Assembly: GCA_046563655.1 (NCBI GenBank) | Contig: CM102290.1 | Coordinates: 12,028,001 to 12,092,000 of the forward strand | Length of the DNA: 64,000 nucleotides | Source of the DNA: Yuukianura sp. NJ FZ-2021 | Lineage: Eukaryota | Direction of reading: 5' to 3' | Part shown: positions 57,452 through 64,000 of the stretch, piece after piece | How the letters are laid out: the number at the start of each line of letters is the position of its first letter | Position numbering within the stretch: position 1 is the first letter of the stretch | The notes under the pieces: generated by a model | Database searches by the model: none | Told to the model about the DNA's origin: nothing | The model's input: only the letters and a program-made list of their open reading frames with translations | Position numbers and translations under genes: made by a program

Positions 57452-60400
57452 GTGAGCTAAAAAGTAAATGACACTTTTTCACTCCTTTGTTAATTAGTTG
57501 CTTCAATTTCTTCAATTACTTTGAGTATAGTCTTTTACGACCAAGATTCAAGTGAAAGTCAACGGAGAAAGTCATAGAATCTACAAAATCTGTGACTTTT
57601 GACCCCGAAATCTCTTTTCTCCGTTGACTTTCACTTTTGCAGCGTTAGATCTTCTCCAACTTGCTATTTTCATGACCACGCTTAATCTGCCGGATTTGAA
57701 CACGAGTCAGGTTGGCGTGACACCCTGTGTCCATCCCATGTATGAAATTTTTCATAAATTTCTAAATACCAAAAGTGAAAGTTTCTTCATAAATGCAGGA
57801 ATATTGAATTTTTTAGTTGTTAAAAATTTCAAACTTTTTTGTTTTTAAAAATTCAAATTCTTAGCTATTTTTGGTCAACGGATGTACAAAAATTACGTTT
57901 AAAAACTTTCCTCAATTTGCCGTTGTTTCAAATTTCGGTGTGTATTTGATTTGGCATGGACTCTACAACTGCACTTTTCAATTTCAAAATTTTGGAAAGT
58001 CTTTTTTTTTCTTGTAAAGCTTATCGGTTGTTAAATGATAGGTTTTTAGTTGGAGTTTGGTTGTATGTCAAAGCAACAAGGTTGCACAAGTCGTAACTCC
58101 TTCTTACTGGTTCCGAGGTTAATTTGATTTGTTTGATTGGTGACATTGGACCATGTCAAAGGTCCACAAAGTCTCAAGAGGTCACAAGTTCAGTTCCCAA
58201 GCGAATGAGTGGGAAGGAACATAATTGGTTTGGACTCAATTTCCAAACCTGACTTGCATTTTCATCGTTTCCTGCCCATTACTAACTTAACTTGGACTGT
58301 AAAGGTTAGGTTATGGAGAACTCCATTTCCATGTCACATGGCAGGGAAAGTGGGCATGGACGGTTCTCAGGAAGGAATTGTGAGTAGAAGCTACGGAGAG
58401 CTTTTCATGCTAATTCTGTCCACCACGGTGAAAGCACCGGCTAATGCACTTTGGTCTTCCTTATTCTTCTGCCGAGGTTCAGGTTAGCCCAAGTGCTATG
58501 AGTGTCTATAACGTTAGGTTTAGGCTAACGCTAAACTAAAGTTTTGATGTTGGATGTTCCCATTCATATTGAAAGTGATTTTGGTTATGCTTGCATGTTT
58601 TGCTTCAATAGGTTTCCAATTGGAGGCGTACTTTGTTGTTTCGGTTCGAACCATCATGAAATATTGGGAAACAAAAGAAAAGCTATTGTCCATCATTTCT
58701 CATCTAAGGACAACCAATCACAATCCAGCATTCGGGTTAGGTTAGTTGCCGATGTCCAACACAAGACAAAGTGATTTGGGTTTCGGTTGAGTCACTGGGA
58801 AAGTGCAGAGTTAAATCAGGGGAAATGAGATATTTTGGCAACTTGTGCTCTGTTTTGCACGAAATGCGTCTCTGCTTCCGGAAATGGTGGAGATACTGTC
58901 GGCCAGTAGAGCACTGTCGATCGCTTAAGCGTCTAAGTTCTTCTTAGTTTAAGCGTCTAGAGCTTAAAAAACTAAAGAGGGAGAGATATTAGTTGGATGG
59001 GAACAAACAGGCTGAAATGAGGCTTGGATCCGAGACTTTCTCTCTACTCTAAGCCTAACTTTCTTTTTGGCCTTCTGTCGTTATATTTCATGTTTTTTTT
59101 CTTCGGAGGGTGGGAAACTGGCCGCGAGAAGTTGGAACTTTTAGTTGTACTTTTTTTATTTTTTGGTTAAAACCTCGAGGTTCCAGGTACGACGGAGTGA
59201 AAGTTCCTTCTTTTGTTATTTGGATCCAGTGGGGGGAAGGACCTAACGTAAGCAAGGGAAAAGTGAGCTGCTAAGCGTCTAGCGCTGGATGTAGCGTTGC
59301 TGGTTAGGCTAGTCGATTCTGGCGAAAGGGCTAGGAGGTGCCCTTTCCTCTTGGAACTGGTGGTGTGAGGAGATATAATTTATTCTAGTCGGTCTAAACC
59401 TGAACAGACAACTTAGAATTGTATTAGAAGCACACCAAATTCAAAATGCTAAATCCAAAAGGTGACGGTTTAGGCTAAGGTTCTTCTGGAAGAGAAAGTA
59501 AATCATGTCTCCAGTCGTTCCTTCAAGGGAAGATGCAATTCGGCTAAAGCGGGACATGAACGCGGGAAGGCTCAAAAAGCCGCAAGTGTGGAGACTTTGG
59601 TGCCTTAAGGCCTCTGTGGTCACTGCGGTTCAGGAGCTCCAAGTCCCCCTATAGTCGTAGTCACTCCAGGACGGAACCTAACCACCTAACGTAGCTGTGA
59701 CTCATCAAATATGAACTTCCCTTTGTCTGTTTTGGTTTTCTGGAAGGAGGGCTGTGTGGACAGGTCGACTGGCAGGGGGTGACACTGTGACAAGGACGGA
59801 GCGACATGTCCATATTCTTTGACTCAACAACGAAACAACATGCGGCAATAACTTGAAGTGACTCACATAAACCACTGAAACTGTTAACTTCAATGTAAAA
59901 TCAAATGAAACTAGTTCAAGTGAAAGTAGCTGCAAGGATATGATGGCGTTTTGGCATTTGAAAGTTCGAGTTTTTGTACTTTTTTTCGAAATAGTCGATT
60001 TCATTTTAAAGATTTGTTTCGAATTTTAAGATTCGGGCGAATTTCTTCTGCGACGTTTGATATGGCTACTTTTTTTAGTATTTGAAAATTCCCGCGGAAA
60101 AAATCGAGAAATGGCCACCAAGCGGTTGGTGGGGCTTTAAAGGTGGAGCAGAGGATTAATTGGAGGTGGTGGGTCAGAGGTCAGAGATATTTGTGCAGAA
60201 TTGGCCATTAGATGAAACCATCGTATTAATAATTGGATACGAGTTGGGTTATAGGGCTGGAGTGGCTAATGATTTGGCTCATTAGACTTTTGTTCTTCTG
60301 TTAATGTTGTGTCCCTATTACATTCTGATTGGAATATTAGGATCCAACAGGAAGTCAGAGAGGGAACTTTAGCTGCCAAAATGGACTCTGGCTACCCCCA

Positions 60401-63400
60401 AAAGATCCGGGAAATTCAAACTCACTTTCTCCAATGAACCTTCCAGAACTTGGCCTAATGACTTTGTAACTGACTCTTCAGTAGACTCTTGTTTCATCTC
60501 TTTCCTTAATTGACATAACACAGGCTCATGTGGGAGCCAATACTTGCAGTAGCGTAGAGTAGCAGAAGCTGGTTTGCAAAATTTTGTTACAAAGAATTAC
60601 ACGTTTTCCACAATTTTTCAAAGTGAAACCAATTCAAAATTTCCAAATTTTCAAACCCTCGACAATTAATAATTTTCAGTTTAATGCAACGATCTGTGCA
60701 TAGTTTGCAAAATTTTCCGATAAAGTGAAATTTTTTCCGAAATCCAAATTTTTGAAAAAGTCAAAATTTCGTAGCCTCAGTTAATGTCTGTCGGTTATGC
60801 AATTTTGAAAACTGGCTTTTGTCAAAACCAAACTTTTTTTTTTACTTTTTCAGAATATTTTAATTTTAGCCTTTTCAATTTTTTTTGTCGTGAGTAGAGT
60901 CAGATGTTGTTCGGGAAGTTTTTACAGTATGAATTTTTTGTAGTAGTATTTCACCATTGGTGAAGTATGTTCTCGTTTTTCGTTTTGTACGGAATTGTAC
61001 GAGACTTTTTTCTCAAAATTTTTACAAAATTAGTTTTTGTTAGTGTGGGGGAAAATTCTGGAGATTTTTGGCCATGTGAAAGGAAGAGTGCGGAAGTTTC
61101 CGTAGACAGGCTGAATGATTCATGGCAATTTTCGGTTGAGTGTTACAGCCGGCGGAGGGTTTAGCGAAGTCCAGAAGAGCGGATGTGAAATCTAAATTGA
61201 AAGGAAGTACACGGTTGCCATGACAACGGCCCAGGGGTGTCCAGGTGGAAGGTTCCCTTAAGGGCTCCCCCACTCCTCTCGCTCTAACTTACCAACCGAA
61301 GTGTCCACCTACACATAAGGCCCTACATCATCAGCCGAATTAAAAGTTAATGTTTTAAAAACAGTGTTTTAAAAAAGAGTAAATCAAACCGTGACTTCCC
61401 GCCACGCGGCAGATGCTGCTTGAGCTTATGCTTGTGTCTAAAGTCAAATGTTTCCACCTGGAAATTTGTAATTTGGAATTGTGCCTTGGAGGCTAAGGGT
61501 AGGGGGTACTTCTTGGCCAAACAATGGACGGGTTGAAGTGTAGTTGATTCCATTGAGAGATTATGACACTTAGGGACTTAGAGTGAAAGTCAATGACATC
61601 CAGAAGGACTTAAGGGAAACATCTCTCTTTGTCGCTGACGCACAAACGGTGTCCTATTGTTTTTCGGAAGTTGGAGCCGGGAGCTTTTCGTGTCGTGTTT
61701 CATCTTCCCAAAACAAGCACGAAGAACAGGAAAGTTTCACAGCATTGTTCGCACTTGTTTCATTCTCACCATCATTAACTTTCACTCGCATCTTTTTGAA
61801 AGTTTAATAATCCATAAAAACTTGGTGACCTGACTAGCACTGACAACAACGAAAGGTCACCAAACTTACCTAAATGTATACCAAAAAAGTTATAACAACG
61901 ATTACATACGATCACAACATGACTAGTAACTAACGACTACTGTCATTTAAGCTAGATGTACGAAGTGCAATGCAGCGAATCGTGAATAGATTTGAACTTT
62001 GAAATTTTGAAAATTTAAAAAAAGCGTTGGATATAATTTTACTTGGACTTAAGACGTAGTGAAAGGTGTTAGACGGAGAGTAGTGTTGAAAAGCTTTGCT
62101 CTGAGGGAGAAAGTGTTGTTGGATTAAATGCCAGTTAAACTTTGACTCTTCATTTCCAAGTGCTTTGCCAGAGGTTTTTTGGCCACGAACATCTCTATGC
62201 TTTCACTTTTAAAAGATTTTAGAAATGATTAAAGAGAAAAGAACGAACTCCGGCGGCTTCTACTTCAAAAGCTCCTTAAATACACTTTACTTACTTTTTT
62301 CACTTTTTTTCGCTTTTGGGGGAAAAAGAAATGGGGGAACATCGAAACTCAAAAGTTTTGGTTTATGAACTTTTTCATTTGAAAAAAAAAAGCAGCAAAG
62401 ATTGTAGGAGAAAGCATAAGCGAGAAACTCTGTTTGAGTGTATCGTGTGCTAACTTGTATGGGAATTTGGTTATTTGATTGGAAATTTTGAGGTATTTGG
62501 AAATTTCGGAAATGAGAAATTTTTGTGGTGAGAGAAAGGTGAACGACGTTAGGGTTTAAAATTATAAATTTTTGATGAAAATGTGTAGAGAGCGATGGTT
62601 AGGTTATAGTTTAGGTTGGTTAGGATGAGATTTAGGATGGTAGGGAGAGTAAGATGACTTTGTTTGAGATGAGCTTGAGGCTGTTGGTGGTGAAAGTGTT
62701 TTCGGAGTACGTGTGACATGTGCAGATGGATTTAAAGATGGTGTTACGTTAGGTTAAGGTTAGGCTAGGCTCCAGAAAGTGATTGGAATTTGGATATTGG
62801 CGGGAGGAATGTTGTGGAACTGCGGAGATTGATCAGAGGGCTTCTGGATTAATGAGATCCACTTCCAGAACCGGTGGAGCTCACGGAGCCACCGTGGTTC
62901 AAAGTCCCTACTTACTATGTAGGATGAAGATCTTGTAACTTTCACTTTCTATTTTCACTTCCAATCTTCCGTGAGGAAGCACAGGATCCCTTCCGGCCAT
63001 GGACTGGGTAATTTTTTATATGGAAATTAATATTCCTTAAATCCTATGCACTGCTCTCCACCACCTAAATCCCTCCTTTTTGGTTTCCTTGGCAACTGGT
63101 GAAAATGTCAATCTCAACAAATATTTGCTTACACGCATTCCTGTGCGGTTCCTGTAAAACACTTTCTCCATAGGCTGGTATGTTCTGCTGAGATGTAAAA
63201 AAAACTTTCCAGGTTTTTTTTCCAAGGGCCTTTTGTGTAAAAAATTTCCAATAATTGTCGTTATCTTTATTTTTGAATTTTTTGAAACAAAAATTGTAAA
63301 ATCATTCAAAATTGTATTATTATGAAAAACGGCGTTTCTTACACGAATAGCAATAAATCGGAGCTAAAATTCGCCAAGGAAACGAGAGCTGCCGCATTTT

Positions 63401-64000
63401 TTCAATTTTGGAAGAAAACAATTAAAACTCGACTTGAGTTGACCAAAGTCCCTGTCTTAGACAAGGTCAAGAGAGAATCTTTTGTTCTAGAGTTGACTTT
63501 CGTCGTGGGTTTAGCCAAGGGGGGCCCTTGAAGGGGCCCACTGTTCAACGGAAGCCAGGATTGTTGTTAATTGGGAGTGGCTCCATTGTTGCTTTTGTGT
63601 TTCGCCTCCTCCTATTGTGCCATGTGACTTCGTGGGGTGGGAACTTCTGAGACGGTTATGACAGTGGTCCCCCTCCCTTCCCCCCATCAGGGGGAGGGGG
63701 GACCGTCCATATGCAGAGGGGGAGGGGGACTTTTCATATGAATGACTCTAATTTTTCATTCCTTCGGAATTTGACATGTGGCTGAATCCCGTGACTCTTG
63801 GATGCACAAGGGGGCTTTCTTCGTAAGGGAAAGCAACGAATGTTTCCACAGTAGCGAATATTTGTTTTCTCCCGCCGACTTACTCCACTCCTTCATTTTC
63901 TGTGGAAATGGATAGGCTATTATGTTACAGAAAACTTAATCACCCCCTTTCAACTGACACATCTCAAGCAATACGAGAATGTCTTTCTACTAAAACTCTC

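Noticed and set aside
62595..62772. TTAGG-like runs as interstitial telomere (also ~13065-13083)
   Set aside because: Only two to four imperfect units; such runs are scattered throughout the window.
57452..64000. onecut truncated or lacking its homeodomain
   Set aside because: The ORF ends at the conserved post-CUT intron; the second exon is expected beyond the window end.

Overview
AT-rich, intron-rich eukaryotic DNA from an arthropod; a springtail-like hexapod is my inference from gene content and style, not proven. All well-supported protein genes are on the + strand. In order: two tandem, near-identical ecdysteroid-kinase-like (EcKL/DUF227) genes, the first cut by the window start, followed by a relic of a third; a small two-exon orphan gene (coiled coil plus two copies of an 'RWSI...LVFRD...KRYA...D' module); a serpin; about 14 kb without a recognisable CDS; a glycosyltransferase family 92 (DUF23) gene; a tRNA-Glu(CTC) on the - strand; an ~18 kb delta-catenin/p120-family gene ending in the PDZ ligand DSWV; LSm6; a decayed LRR gene fragment; and the large first coding exon of a ONECUT gene, whose homeodomain exon is not seen and presumably lies beyond the window. 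Introns and intergenic DNA carry several families of non-autonomous DNA elements, including a triply nested MITE and a long palindromic dispersed repeat. There is also a strand-biased ~33-bp-period GGATAAG array. Best candidates for novelty: the orphan repeat-module gene (possible horizontal transfer), the active-site-divergent EcKL pair, and a stop-containing mini-exon that could toggle the delta-catenin PDZ motif. All gene models were spliced by eye from GT-AG sites and frame continuity; no database search was run.
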